Source: Macrostomum lignano
Lineage: Eukaryota
NCBI GenBank assembly: GCA_002269645.1
Contig: NIVC01002158.1
Coordinates: forward strand, 124,001 to 188,000
DNA: 64,000 nucleotides
Reading direction: 5' to 3'
The position numbers were made by a program, and so were the translations under genes. A model generated the notes under the pieces. That model was not told the origin of the DNA. It saw only the letters and a program-made list of their open reading frames with translations, and ran no database searches. Below are positions 1 through 14,000 of this stretch, piece after piece. Positions within the stretch are counted from its first letter, which is position 1, and every line of letters begins with the position of its first letter.

Positions 1-402
1 TGTTATGTCAGTTATGACACTAATTGAGACAACCAGGCCAATATTCAATTCTGTGTTGGAAGTGGCCAAAAGTCTGAAAAATGCACAAATGCACTGTACT
101 AACAGTTTATTTAGTAAATATCTCAAATGAATAAAATTGCCAGGGCAAGACCAGTAATTTTCTGGATCTCTTGGCTGCCTCCTTCAGTTCCTCTTGGCGC
201 TGTCTCTTTATTCTTTTATCTGACGCCATTTTTAGTGCTTTTAGTTGCAGCGCCAGAAGCGGTTTAAGTCTTGGGATTTGCGGCGGACACGGAATTTGAT
301 CAGATATGCCAAAGTAAAAGGGATTGAGTCCTTTGAATCTTCACAATAGCAATCCGGCCCGCTCGATGTTCGTGTCTCTTCTCAGCTCTCTTCCCTCATC
401 TC

Positions 403-3250
403 TCTCTTCTCATATTCTCCTGTCCTCTCCTCTCCTCTCCTCTCCTCTCCTCTCCACTCCTCTCCTCTCCTCTCCTCTCCTCTCCTCTCCTCTCCTCTCC
501 CTTTTCCTCTCCTCTCCTCTCCTCTCCTCTCCCTTTTCCTCTCCTCTCCTCTCCTCTCCTCTCCTCTCCTCTCCTCTCCTCTCCTCTCCTCTCCTCTCCT
601 CTCCTCTCCTCTCCTCTCCTCTCCTCTCCTCTCCTCTCCTCTCCTCTCCCTTTTCCTCTCCTCTCCTCTCCTCTCCCTTTTCCTCTCCTCTCCTCTCCTC
701 TCCCTTTTCCTCTCCTCTCCTCTCCTCTCCTCTCCTCTCCTCTCCTCTCCTCTCCTCTCCTCTCCTCTCCTCTCCTCTCCTCTCCTCTCCTCTCATCTCC
801 TCTCCTCTCCTCTCCTCTCCCTTTTCCTCTCCTCTCCTCTCCTCTCCTCTCCCTTTCCTCTCCTCTCCTCTCCTCTCCTCTCCTCTCCTCTCCTCTCCTC
901 TCCTCTCCTCTCCTCTCCTCTCCTCTCCTCTCCTCTCCTCTCCTCTCCCTTTTCCTCTCCTCTCCTCTCCTCTCCTCTCCTCTCCTCTCCTCTCCTCTCC
1001 CTTTTCCTCTCCTCTCCTCTCCTCTCTCTTTTCCTCTCCTCTCCTCTCCCTTTTCCTCTCCTTTCCTCTCCTCTCCCTTTTCCTCTTCTCTCCTCTCCTC
1101 TCCTCTCCTCTCCTCTCCTCTCCCTTTTCCTCTCCTCTCCTCTCCTCTCCTCTCCCTTTTCCTCTCCTCTCCTCTCCTCTCTCCTCTCCTCTCCTCTCCT
1201 CTCCTCTCCTCTCCTCTCCTCTCCTCTCCTCTCCTCTCCTCTCCTCTCCTCTCCTCTCCTCTCCTCTCCCTTTTCCTCTCCTCTCCTCTCCTCTCCCTTT
1301 TCCTCTCCTCTCCTCTCCTCTCCTCTCTCTCTCCTCTCCTCTCCTCTCCTCTCCTCTCCTCTCCTCTCCTCTCTCTCCTCTCCTCTCTCTCCTCTCTCTC
1401 CTCTCCTCTCCTCTCCTCTCCTCTCCTCTCCTCTCCTCTCCTCTCCTCTCCTCTCCTCTCCTCTCCTTTCCTCTCCTCTCCTCTCCTCTCCCTTTTCCTC
1501 TCCTCTCCTCTCCTCCTCTCCTCTCCTCTCCTCTCCTCTCCTCTCCTCTCCTCTCCTTTCCTCTCCTCTCCTCTCCTCTCCTCTCCTCTCCTCTCATCTC
1601 CTCTCCTCTCCCTTTTCCTCTCCTTTCCTCTCCTCTCTCTTTTCCTCTCCTCTCCTCTCCTCTCCCTTTTCCTCTCCTCTCCTCTCCTCTCCCTTTTCCT
1701 CTCCTCTCCTCTCCTCTCCTCTCCACTTCTCTCCTCTCCTCTCCTCTCCTCTCCCTTTTCCTCTCCTCTCCTTTCCTCTCCTCTCCTCTCCTCTCCTCTC
1801 CTCTCCTCTCCTCTCCCTTTTCCTCTCCTCTCCTCTCCTCTCCCTTTTCCTCTCCTCTCCTCTCCTCTCCTCTCCTCTCCTCTCCTCTCCTCTCCTTTCC
1901 TCTCCTCTCCTCTCCTCTCCCTTTTCCTCTCCTCTCCTCTCCTCTCCCTTTTCCTCTCCTCTCCTCTCCTCTCCTCTCCTGTCCTCTCCCTTTTCCTCTT
2001 CTCTCCTCTCCTCTCCTCTCCTCTCCTCTCCTCTCCTCTCCTCTCCTCTCCTCTCCTCTCCTGTCCTCTCCCTTTTCCTCTCCTCTCCTCTCCTCTCCTC
2101 TCCTCTCCTCTCCTCTCCTCTCCTCTCCTCTCCTCTCCTCTCCTCTCCTGTCCTCTCCCTTTTCCTCTCCTCTCCTCTCCTCTCCTCTCCTCTCCTCTCC
2201 TCTCCCTTTTCCTCTCCTCTCCTCTCATCTCCCTATTCCTCTCCTCTCCTCTCCTCTCCTCTCCTCTCCTCTCCTCTCCTCTCATCTCCTCTCCTCTCCC
2301 TTTTCCTCTCCTCTCCTCTCCTCTCTCTTTTCCTCTCCTCTCCTCTCCTCTCCCTTTTCCTCTCCTCTCCTCTCCTCTCCCTTTTCCTCTCCTCTCCTCT
2401 CCTCTCTCTTTTCCTCTCCTCTCCTCTCCTCTCCCTTTTCCTCTCCTCTCCTCTCCTCTCCCTTTTCCTCTCCTCTCCTCTCCTCTCCTCTCCACTCCTC
2501 TCCTCTCCTCTCCTCTCCCTTTTCCTCTCCTCTCCTTTCCTCTCCTCTCCTCTCCTCTCCTCTCCTCTCCTCTCCTCTCCCTTTTCCTCTCCTCTCCTCT
2601 CCTCTCCCTTTTTCTCTCCTCTCCTCTCCTCTCCTCTCCTCTCCTCTCCTCTCCTCTCCTCTCCTCTCCTGTCCTCTCCCTTTTCCTCTCCTCTCCTCTC
2701 CTCTCCTCTCCTCTCCTCTCCTGTCCTCTCCCTTTTCCTCTCCTCTCCTCTCCTCTCCTCTCCTCTCCTCTCCTCTCCCTTTTCATCTCCTCTCCTCTCC
2801 TCTCCTCTCCTCTCCTGTCCTCTCCCTCCTCTCCTCTCCTCTCCTCTCTCCTCTCCTCTCCCTTTTCCTCTCCTCTCCTCTCCTCTCCTCTCCTCTCCTC
2901 TCCTCTCCTCTCCTCTCCTCTCCTCTCCTCTCCTCTCCTTTTCCTCTCCTCTCCTCTCCTCTCTCTTTTCCTCTCCTCTCCTCTCCTCTCCCTTTTCCTC
3001 TCCTCTCCTCTCCTCTCCCTTTTCCTCTCCTCTCCTCTCCTCTCCTCTCCACTCCTCTCCTCTCCTCTCCCTTTTCCTCTCCTCTCCTCTCCTCTCCCTT
3101 TTCCTCTCCTCTCCTCTCCTCTCCCTTTTTCTCTCCTCTCCTCTCCTCTCCTCTCCTCTCCTCTCCTCTCCCTTTTCCTCTCCTCTCCTCTCCTTTCCCC
3201 TCCTCTCCTCTCCTCTTATCTCCTTACTTCTATCCTCTCTTCTCATCTCC
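403..3250. repeat. (CTCTC)n polypyrimidine microsatellite, ~2.9 kb
   Basis: Pentamer with CCCTTTT interruptions, degenerating to ~3500. Confidence 0.98.
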
Positions 3251-3779
3251 TCCCCTTTTTCTCTCCTCTCTTCTCATCTCCTCACCTCTCTCCTTTTCTC
3301 TCTCTCATCACCTTTTATCACCTCACCTCTCTCCTCTCCTCTCCTCTGGTCTCCTCACCTCCTCACCTCTCTCCTCTCCTCTCATCTCCCGTTTCCTCTC
3401 CATTCTCTTCTCCCTTCTCTCCTCTCCTTTTTTATCTCTCTTCTCGTCTACTCTCTTCTCCTTTACTTCTTCGCCTCTCCTTTCTCCTGCGCTCGTATCT
3501 TCTCTATCTATCCTCTCTCCCTATAGCCCGCAGTCATCAGGGACTCCTGGGCACGCGTTTCGCTTAGGGGGGGGGGGGCAGCGAGGCGGACCCAGAAGGG
3601 CAGTCATGCGCTGTTCTCAATCTGGCCCTTGAGGTAAATGTTTGCTGACCCCTGGACTAAAAGCACAACGCTTAGGCACATCAGATAAAAACTGTAGTGG
3701 AATGGGATTGAGAACAACATGAACTATTATATCAGCCGGTACCCAAAGCTTCCAAGACTAAGAAAAGCCAAAGCCGAAA

Positions 3780-4500
3780 ACCGGCCGACACTTGCTTGAA
3801 ATTAAAAAAGGGCACTGCGGATCATGCTAAAAAGTGTGGGGGGGCGGTTCCGACACCCCTGGGTGCTGCACAAGTGGCACGGTCGCTAGATGACCGACTT
3901 TCGTCACAAAAACGGCCAACATCTGCTTTGTCACGCAGCGCTCTCGCTGCAGCTTAATATGGTGGGACGCCGCCAACTGGTGTCCACTAGGCCGACTGCT
4001 GCTCGTTCTTCAAGTCAAAACTGTACGTAGATCTAGGATTCGTCACCACTGACGATTTCTCAGACTGAGTTTGAGCGGCCACCATCGAATCTGTCGATCG
4101 AGCATGGCTTGGCACGAAGCCACCCGAGCCTTCTTAATTGTTCCTCTATCAGGTGATGAGGCACCTAGCGTTCAGAATTTTTTTCTTTTTCTTTTTCAGA
4201 AATCGTGCGAACATGGCTCCCGATGAGATGCCCACAATTCTGCCTCTACTGGGCACAGTTATACCTTCAGGCATCATCCTAATCATTTAGCTCGTATATG
4301 GTCCGAATAAATGGGTGCAACATTCACTTCGCTTACTGCGGAGGCATGGGCCCGCCCGCCGCTGCAGCGCTCTTTATCATCCAGCCTCCGTCCGCCACAT
4401 CGAGATTCGGCAAACCACTTAAAAACCGCGGAGTGGTCCAGCTGCACGGAAGGTCTGCATTCACTTACTGACGAAGCCGTTTAAAGTCGCTCAATGCTCA
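3780..4500 (-). pseudogene. Decayed mariner (Tc1/mariner) transposase
   Basis: Minus-strand frames give AVFKWFAE...DDKERCSGGR, R*VPHHL (WVPH motif), EIVSGDES*IY (IVTGDE-W motif), EQQSA*W and KQMLAVFVTKVGHLATVPL, broken by stops and frameshifts. Confidence 0.75.
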
Positions 4501-5031
4501 CCTGCTGCCTTCCCAGAAATTGTTATTGCTTTTTGATAGGAGGCAGCTAGATCTGCAGTGTTTGTTCATCTTTTGATATGCTGTGTCTTTCTCATAGCTC
4601 TATCGATATTCATAACGCTTTTCGTTCAGAAAAATAGCATTCAATGTTAATTTTTTGTTCTTACGTCTTTTCTTCTATTTTTTATTCTTATATGCAACTA
4701 GAACAAATTGAATGGGAAACTTCAGGTAGTTAAAAAAATACAATTTTTGCTTTTAATGCAAAACAGTTGTATTTGATTCTTTTTAAATTTAATCTGTTGT
4801 GTCAGTTTTCAGAAGTATTCCCTAAATAAAACAAGTTGTCTTAACTTGTTTTAGTTATAATCAACTACGCCAGATCGCTTTGATCGCTTTAAAATTGAGC
4901 AGAAACTTAATCCGCAGTGATTCACTCTTCAAAATAATTAAAGTAATCCTTTGCAATTTCTTTTACATTATTTCTAAGGCCTTTGGCTTACCCGCTTGAC
5001 TAGCTCTAAATTAAGCAGTTTAAAAGTAGAG

Positions 5032-8000
5032 ATGGCAGACCAGGCCGAAGCTAGCCTGGATCAGCCGCCTACAGCTGATGTGACTATTGCCGACCCTGAA
5101 AAGTTTAAGAAGTATCTTCTTCGGGTTGCTCAATGTCACTTTGAGGACGACGACGCTCATTTAGATAAGAAAATTGTTGCAGCGCTGAATGAGAAACAAA
5201 CAGCAGACAGCATCAAAAAGTTTCTGTCTGATCAGCAGGTTCCAACCCTTATTATCCAACGACAATCCATCAAAGGTGATAATGATACTTTTTCTTAAAT
5301 ATTTATCATTGAAATGCACCAATGCCAATGGCCTAGGCCTATGTCACTCTAAATTGATGGTAGCAATACCAAATTTCTATTTTAATAATAGCAATAATGA
5401 AAAATTGATTCATTTATAAAATTATGACAAATGTTATTAAGACTAACCTAGACTAAGAGTTATTTTAAGTAGACTTAGCTCTCTGCCTCTCTGGCTTTAA
5501 ATCTAAGTTAATTTTTCAATTTTTGTCTAAGAGTTAAGGCAATATAATAAGAATATTATACCATAATGACTTTCAAAAGTGCATTTTCTAGTTAGACTTA
5601 CAATGCAAATTAAAATTGTATTTATAATACTAGCAAAAACCCTAGCCTAGATATTTTCAGAGCTTTAGCTTAGCTAATTTAACTAGTTTATAAAATTTCT
5701 TTTGTTGTCAAGTAATTTTAAAGCATCTGTTTTGTACAAAAAATTAAATATATGCTTATTTTTCTTTATGGCCTATAGCTGTATAGTCCTATACTATATG
5801 ATAAAATATTTTGGAAATGTAGAAATAGAAATTATATAATATTCTAAAAGTAGCAAGTCAATTTGCCAAAAGTCATTATATTTTCTTTCTCTAATGTTCT
5901 GCTATAGCTATAGCTATGGCTATGGGATCTTATGGCAAATATGGCCAAATAGATACCTATGGCTATAGCAGCTATGGATACACCTATAGTATAGATAGCT
6001 GCTCTTACTTATGGTTTAGAACTATAGAAATATGATAGTTGCTGTCACATTTTATAGATTCCTATAGCCATAATTATTAATTGCTGTCACATTTTATAGA
6101 TTCCTATAGCCATAGTCATTAATGTTAAAAAATTGAAAAAAAACAGATAGAATAAAATTAAAAAAGATACTTTTAATAAATTATATTATCAACTTAGAAA
6201 CTTTTAAAATATATCTAAAAAAAGTACAATAAAACACTAGCAAACTCTAGTTTTTCTTTATGAAAAAGTTCAGCATTAGTACTTTCAGTAACAATTATCA
6301 TTGTTGCTTTAAAAAAAACAAAATATAATCTTACAAGGGCAATCAATTGTTATTTCAATATCATTTCTTTTAAGTAGAAATCTATCAATATAATAAACAA
6401 ACTCTAGTAAATTAAAGTGCATAAAAAGATGTTTTTTAATTATATAGCCTAAATATATGCAAAATAGAAGATTCAATATTTAGGATTATAGTTAGAGTTA
6501 GAGCTGCACAAAGCTACCTATTAAAAGGCAACAACAATAAAAAATTAACCAATTGATAGTGCAATTGATTTTCTAGTTAGTCAATACCAGTCTCAGTTAA
6601 ATTTATATTTATAATGATTGTATAATCTAAACCAACCTCTATATATATAACAACCAATCTCTCAAGTTTATTATAATTTACTGATTGCAAAAATGAGTAA
6701 TATAATTTTTGGTATATGGCAAGAGTAACTATGGTCATATTAGGGCAAAATGCCTTGCTATCTAATTAGTACTATATCTTTCAAGTTGGAATTTTCATAA
6801 CTTTTTTTGGCTAGGCCCCTTGCTAGATCAGTTAGCATAGTTGAGTGTTGTTTATATATTTTCCTGACTAAAGTGCATGCAAAAAATCTGCACTAGCAAT
6901 AATAAATGTTTTGCAATTGTTTACATAGTTAAAATAATTCTGATTGCTAATTCAAACTGAAAAAAATAAACTTTAAAACTTTCAAATTTTAGACTTCAAA
7001 CTATTGCCCAATATTCCTTAGTGTTGATGCTAGAATTGTTATTTAAATTGACTTTTAGCATAACATTTTTAGCAAATTGATTTTCAAACAAGTTTTTAGT
7101 AAATCAATGTTTAGCAAAAAGTTTCTTGGCAAAACATTTAATATTTAGAAAAATGTATCAGTGGTTTCCTTTCCAAGGTTTAAGAATTATGTATGGAAAC
7201 TATAAATATGTTAGGAAAAATCCAATAAATAAAAGACTTATTGCCTACCTATTGCTCTTGGACTGCATATTAAATTCATTAAGGGTTAGACAATATCAAT
7301 TTTTAAAGATTTTTGTAAGACTTAAGATCTATGCTTTTAAGATAATCAAGATTTAAGGCTAAAGTTATGATCTATTAGGATCAAACTGCAACTAAATCAT
7401 CAACCTAAACTGAATTATAGAATTTTAATTACCTTTAAAATTCTTAAACTATTTTATAATTAAAAATGAAATAGATAAAAATGCTTACTTTTGGAATATA
7501 AAGATATTTATAAATTTTCAACTTTCAGTAATCTGTATTCAGTTTAGACCAATGATGATGCCAAATGTCACTGATTATTGATGGTTAAAAATGCATGCTT
7601 TTCAAAGTACTAATGTATGGAAATTTTGATCTGATAAATATTTTTCTTAAACAGATGAGGAAGGCGAAGATGATGCCATTGGTGGTGAAGCTTCCTACAA
7701 CATCAGTGCTGAAGTGCAGTATGTCAGCTCAAAGATGCAGAGGTATGCAGTGTCAATTGTATCAGATTTAGTTTAATACAAAAGCTACTGTCTTAAAACT
7801 AAGAAATAAGCACCGAAATTGTCTCCACACAGTGTTGTCCTCATCAAACGCGGCCCGTTTGTTGAAGCTGACAAAGGCTTCTCTGCTCAACTGCGCGTGT
7901 TCAGCTTTGGCGATGGTTCACCCTACGAGACTCTGCACTCGTTCATTAGCCACGCTGTTGGACCCTACTACAAATCCTACATGCGAGAGAGCGGCAAGTC

Positions 8001-11000
8001 TGATCGGTGAGCTCATGATAAAGTCATCAAAATATTGTCAAATGCGATTATCTAGTAGCTAAACTGATATAAGCTGACCCGTTTATAATTGGGATGGTCA
8101 CATTTTGACTGCGTGACCGTTACATACATGCGCAACCTCCAAAATTCGGTCGGCCGTGCGACTTAGTTTTAACAAAAAATGCGACGTAGTTCTTGGCTAA
8201 AAATGCGACTAACATGAAAAAAAACCCTAAAGCAAAATTACCGCAACTTTGGGTAAACGGCAGGAGTAACTATGATTGTCTTATTAAGCTAAAATGCCTC
8301 GTCATCTACTTAGTACTACTGCTTAGGTGTTTTTTCGGGTGGGCATTTTTGCGACTTCTTTGGTTGGCCGCCAAATCGGTCGGCCGGATCGGCCGACTCG
8401 GCCGACTGTTGCGCATGTATGGACCGTTATGTCGCACTCAAACAACAGCATCACATGTGACCCTTAATTGTGACCCCTCAGATCTGACAGTTTTAATTTT
8501 CACATTGGATGGTCACATCGACAGTCACATGACTGTCACATTTGAGGGTCACATTGATGGTCACATTAATGTCACATTTGAGGGTCATATTGATATTGAC
8601 GGTCACATGACTGTCACATTTGAGGGTCATATTGATATTGACAGTCACATGACTGTCACATTTGAGCGTCACATGACTGTCACATTTGAGGGTCATATTG
8701 ATATTGACGGTCACATGACAGTCACATTTGAGGGTCATATTGATATTGACGGTCACATGACTGTCACATTTGAGGGTCATATTGATATTGACAGTCACAT
8801 TACTGTCACATTTGAGGGTCACATTGACGGTCACATGACTAACTTTTGAGGGTCATATTGACGGTCCATGACTGTAACTTTTAACGGTCACATGACTGTA
8901 ACATTTGAGGGTCACATTGACGGTCGCATGAGGGAATCTTTATTTGAATGTCACATTGACGGTCACGATATTAACTGACAGTCACGTCACGGTCACACTT
9001 GACTATCACAAGCGTGACAGGCAGTGTCAAATTTTTGACTGTCGCAAAAAATGTGACCATCCCACTTTCAGATTTTTAAATGATATTTGGTGTCTTATAT
9101 GGGTAGAATCAAATTTAGTGCCCGGTTTTGGTACGATGTTTTCAGAAAATTGTTAGTGCCCCTGATTTTTATATTGTTTATACTATTATTGTTTTCACAC
9201 TAAATAGTTATGGTTAGTAGCCAACTTAATTATCATAAAATAATAATAATAAATTGCATTTTTACTTACAATCACTTTGACACCTTACTCACCCCAACCA
9301 TTTCATAGGCATGGCATTGGCAGGTATTATAATTGCTGTCTAGTTATATCATTATGTCAGATTAGTAATGAACACTTATATATGTTTTCCTTCTTATCCA
9401 TCGATGTGAGATGTGACTCATTTTCTATTTGCATGCTGAATTTTCATTGACTTGAAGAAGATTCTGCAGTTGAAATTGAAATTTACAAACTTTTTAACAT
9501 AAAATTTGTGCTGAAGCTTTGAATTGCTCTTCTTTCATTACTTTCTAGTGTTGTCTGCTTCTTTAATAATTATTAATATGAAATAGCAATAAAATTAATC
9601 CTGCTTTTTTGATTTCAATTTTATTAATTGATTGTCTGTCTGTGCAGAATTCACCTGCTAGTTTTAGCTGATTAGAGAGCCGAATTTTATAGGCATAAAA
9701 TTTGGCTTCGTTTGATCTAAGATTTGATTTAAGTGTCTCTTGCACTTGAACAATATCCATTATCAATTGCATTATGACTGCATTTGCATGCAAACCCATT
9801 TGCATAATGCCTGATAACCTTTTCTCACCACCAGTATTCTCACCTAGATGCATCGCTTCTAGCTGTAGTGCCTTAATTTTTTTTAATATATCTGCAATGT
9901 GAGAAGTGAGACTGAGAAATTTCCAGTTTCAGTGTGCCCAGCGGCCCAGGCTCGATTCCTGGTTCAGTTCAGTCACATTAATTTGGGGCTAAATTGGAGT
10001 CTCGGCTTGGCTCTGGTCGTGCGATTTTTGTGTACATGTCTAACGATAAATAAAGTTAGGGCCGCTTTATACTGCTTTGTGATTGTGTGTCTGCGCGTAT
10101 GACTGCTGAATGGGCAGAGTAATGCCTCTTGCCGGTTGTGACATGGTCGCTAAACGTAAAACTCCATTAAGCTTCAACTGTGGTTTAAACATATATTTAT
10201 TAATTTGAATCATGCAGAGACGGCGACAAACTCGCACCGGCTGTTGAGAAGAAGATTGCGGACTTGGAGATCAACCTGCTTCACCTGCAGCAGAATATTG
10301 ACATACCTGAGATCACCCTCACTCCGCATCCGATTGTTGCCGCAATCATTAAAAAGTGCAACGAAGAAGGCCGCCGGCCCAAGGTGACGGATTTTGAAGA
10401 TAAAATTGAGGACTCGCAGTTTCTTAACGCGTTGCAATCTGGCGTTACCAGGTGGATTAAAGAGATACAGAAGGTGAGAGTAGTGTCTGATCGACTATAT
10501 GATTTATTGGGTTACTGAATTTGAACATTGTATGTCATTAAGCGGGGGCGTCTCCATGAGTTTTATGGTGGGGAGGGGACAGAGCCAAGGAGTTTGCACA
10601 TTTTTTACATTTTTTGAGAATTGGTATTGTTAGCACTCATTTTAGCGCCGCAGGGACTCATTTTGGCTGTGCAGCCACTCATTCTAGCTCCGCAGGCACT
10701 CATTCTAGCTCCGCAGGCACTAATTCTAGCTCCACAGGCACTCATTTTAGCGCCGCAGGCACTCATTCTAGCTCCGCAGGCACTAATTCTAGCTCCGCAG
10801 GCACTAATTCTAGCTCCGCAGGCACTCATTTTAGCGCCGCAGGCACTCATTCTAGCTCCGCAGGCACTAATTCTAGCTCCGCAGGCACTAATTTTAGCGC
10901 CGCAGGCACTCATTTTAGCTCCGCAGGCACTAATTTTAGCGCCGCAGGCACTCATTTTAGCTCCGCAGGCACTAATTCTAGCTCCGCAGGCACTCATTTT

Positions 11001-14000
11001 AGCGCCGCAGGCACTCATTCTAGCTCCGCAGGCACTAATTCTAGCTCCGCAGGCACTAATTCTAGCTCCGCAGGCACTCATTTTAGCGCCGCAGGCACTC
11101 ATTCTAGCTCCGCAGGCACTAATTCTAGCTCCGCAGGCACTAATTTTAGCGCCGCAGGCACTCATTTTAGCTCCGCAGGCACTAATTTTAGCGCCGCAGG
11201 CACTCATTTTAGCTCCGCAGGCACTCATTTTAGCTCCGCAGGCACTCATTTTAGCTCCGCAGGCACTCATTTTAGCTCCGCAGGCACTCATTCTAGCGCC
11301 GCAGGCACTCATTCTAGCGCCGCAGGCACTCATTTTAGCGCCGCAGGCACTCATTTTAGCGCCACAGGCACTCATTCTAGCGCCACAGGCACTCATTCTA
11401 GCGCCGCAGGCACTCATTCTAGCTCCGCAGGCACTCATTTTAGCGCCGCAGGCACTCATTCTAGCTCCGCAGGCACTCATTTTAGCGCCGCAGGCACTCA
11501 TTCTAGCGCCGCAGGCACTCATTCTAGCTCCGCAGGCACTCATTTTAGCGCCGCAGGCACTCATTCTAGCTCCGCAGGCACTCATTTTAGCGCCGCAGGC
11601 ACTCATTCTAGCTCCGCAGGCACTCATTTTAGCGCCGCAGGCACTCATTCTAGCTCCGCAGGCACTCATTTTAGCGCCGCAGGCACTCATTTTAGCGCCG
11701 CAGGCACTCATTCTAGCGCCGCAGGCACTCATTCTAGCGCCGCAGGCACTCATTCTAGCTCCGCAGGCACTCATTCTAGCGCCGCAGGCACTCATTTTAG
11801 CGCCACAGGCACTCATTTTAGCGCCGCAGGCACTCATTTTAGCGCCGCAGGCACTTATTTTAGCTCCGCAGGCACTCATTTTAGCGCCGCAGGCACTCAT
11901 TTTAGCGCCGCAGGTGCTATATTTTAGCGCCCTGAAACAAAATTATTTATTTCAACTACGAGTCACATGGTAGGGTGGGAGGGAGACTTAGCATTGTCAT
12001 GCCTCCTCCCATTGCTTTTTAGCGACGCCCCTGCTACTTAATTTCTATTTTTGTCTTTCGTAATTTGTATCTTATGTACAGTATCAAATATTTCTTTATC
12101 AATTGTCAAAAATTGAGTAATCTATAACTCCAGTTTAAGGTATGAGGTTCATGCAAAATAATTTGCTCTGGTACTGTTAGCTCTGACTTTTGCCATTCAA
12201 TAGTGTAGTCATGCCAATGCAATATTTGCATTGATCTCCGCTCAACCCCCACTTAGTCCTGTAGCTTAGTCCACGCAAATCCCCGTGCGCGCAGGTGTTT
12301 AAAGTTTTCTGCCACTCAGGTCCTCGGGTAGCCCCTTACCCTTACCCTGGATTTCTGAGTAGAAAGGAAATCGAAACAGAAAGAAAAACGATTGCAGACG
12401 GCACCCAATATCGATTATTAACTACAGCTAGGCTGAGCAAAGCTGTGCACAGGGCATATTGTGTGCTGCAAGCGGAATGGCGCCATGTAATACTTTAGCG
12501 TCCCAAGTGCGCGTCTGCAGTCTGCTAACTGTGTACTTTTATGCATATGCAGTCACTTGTAATACTACGTGCTATATTTTTATATGGTACATATTTTGTT
12601 CGTTGTTTTAAGCATTTGTATCTGATATGATTACCAAATATGAACTATGAAAACTATGAAAAATAACATGGAAATCAACATACAAAGAAACCAGGATTGC
12701 CCCTAACTGTACAAAACTGTACAAAAGTTAAAATTTCTTGAAATTTTGGTCATTCAGAATTTTTTCAAACTTCAGCAAAGTTGAATATATTTTTGTGTTT
12801 TGTGTTTTTTCTGTGTTTTTTCTGTATGAGTTCAAAATTACGCCCACATACTTGTATTTTCAACTCATACAAAAGCAATGCTTCTATAAAAAATAGTTTT
12901 TCTACCTAGATATGCGTCTATCCTACTTTTAGTAAGCATTCTAGTTTTTTACGTTTTTTGTTAAATTTGCATTCAAATCTTATTAGTTATATTTTAAATC
13001 AATCGATCTATCATCAACAGGTGACCAAGCTGGACCGCGACCCAGCCTCCGGCAATGCCCTGCAGGAGATCAGCTTCTGGCTCAATCTGGAGCGTGCCCT
13101 ATTTAAAATCCAAGAGAAACGGGAGAGCATCGAGGTGACGCTCACGCTTGACATTCTCAAGCATGCCAAGCGATTCCATGCCACCGTGTCGTTTGACTCC
13201 GACACCGGCCTGAAGTCGGCTCTGGGCGTTGTCAACGATTACAATCCGCTGATGAAGGATTTCCCGTTAAATGAGCTGCTGTCAGCTACTGAACTGGACA
13301 AGATCAAGCAGGCTGTGGTTGCCATCTTTGGCCACCTGAAGAAGATCCGATCAACCAAGTATCCGATACAGCGCGCTCTCCGTCTCATCGAAGCCATCTC
13401 GCGCGATCTGAGCAACCAGCTGCTCAAAGTGCTCGGCACGCGACGTCTGATGCACATTCAACATGACGAATTCGAAGAGATCATGACCGCCTGCTTCGAC
13501 GTGTTCACGTCTTGGGATGACGAATACGACAAGCTGCAAGGCCTGCTGCGAGATTTGGTTAAGAAGAAGCGCGAAGAGATGATGAAGACTGTGTGGCGTA
13601 TTAATCCTGCGCATAAGCGGCTGCAGACTAGGTTGGATCAGATGCGCAAGTTCCGGCATCAGCATGAACAGCTGAGACAGGTGTGTTTGATTATATATCT
13701 TATGATGCTTTATTTAGGCAATGACTCATATCTCATTGAGTAAGGTTACTGTGACAAGAATTGCTAAAGAGTCATTGCACACCAAGCACTACCGACTCTG
13801 GGGCGACTGTGGAGTCACGACAGCATCACGTGAGCTGTGGAGTCATAAAAGAATTGCGAAAAAGGTGGCACAAGAGTTAGCGCTTAACTTTCTACTAACT
13901 CAAGTAGACCAAATAAACAAATCGGTTAGCAACTCGGTGATTCTTCAGCGACTCTAGCGGGCCTTATCAGATACTCGTACAACTATACGGCCCCAGGGTC

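Noticed and set aside
122-229. Short minus-strand ORF MASDKRIKRQRQEELKEAAKRSRK...
   Set aside because: 35 codons, no recognisable domain or splice donor; cannot be supported as a gene.
324-3632. 1102-aa SSPLL ORF and antisense EERRG ORFs
   Set aside because: Translations of the (CTCTC)n microsatellite; no splice or domain support.
10605-11973. Three 430-450-aa ORFs (ALILAPQ, SAAGTHF, MSACGAK)
   Set aside because: The 21-bp unit lacks stops in several frames; lies inside dynein intron 4.
12330-12349. CCCTTACCCTTACCCT as a telomerase RNA template
   Set aside because: It would template TAAGGG rather than TTAGGG, it sits in a paired hairpin, and no pseudoknot or terminal H/ACA domain is evident.
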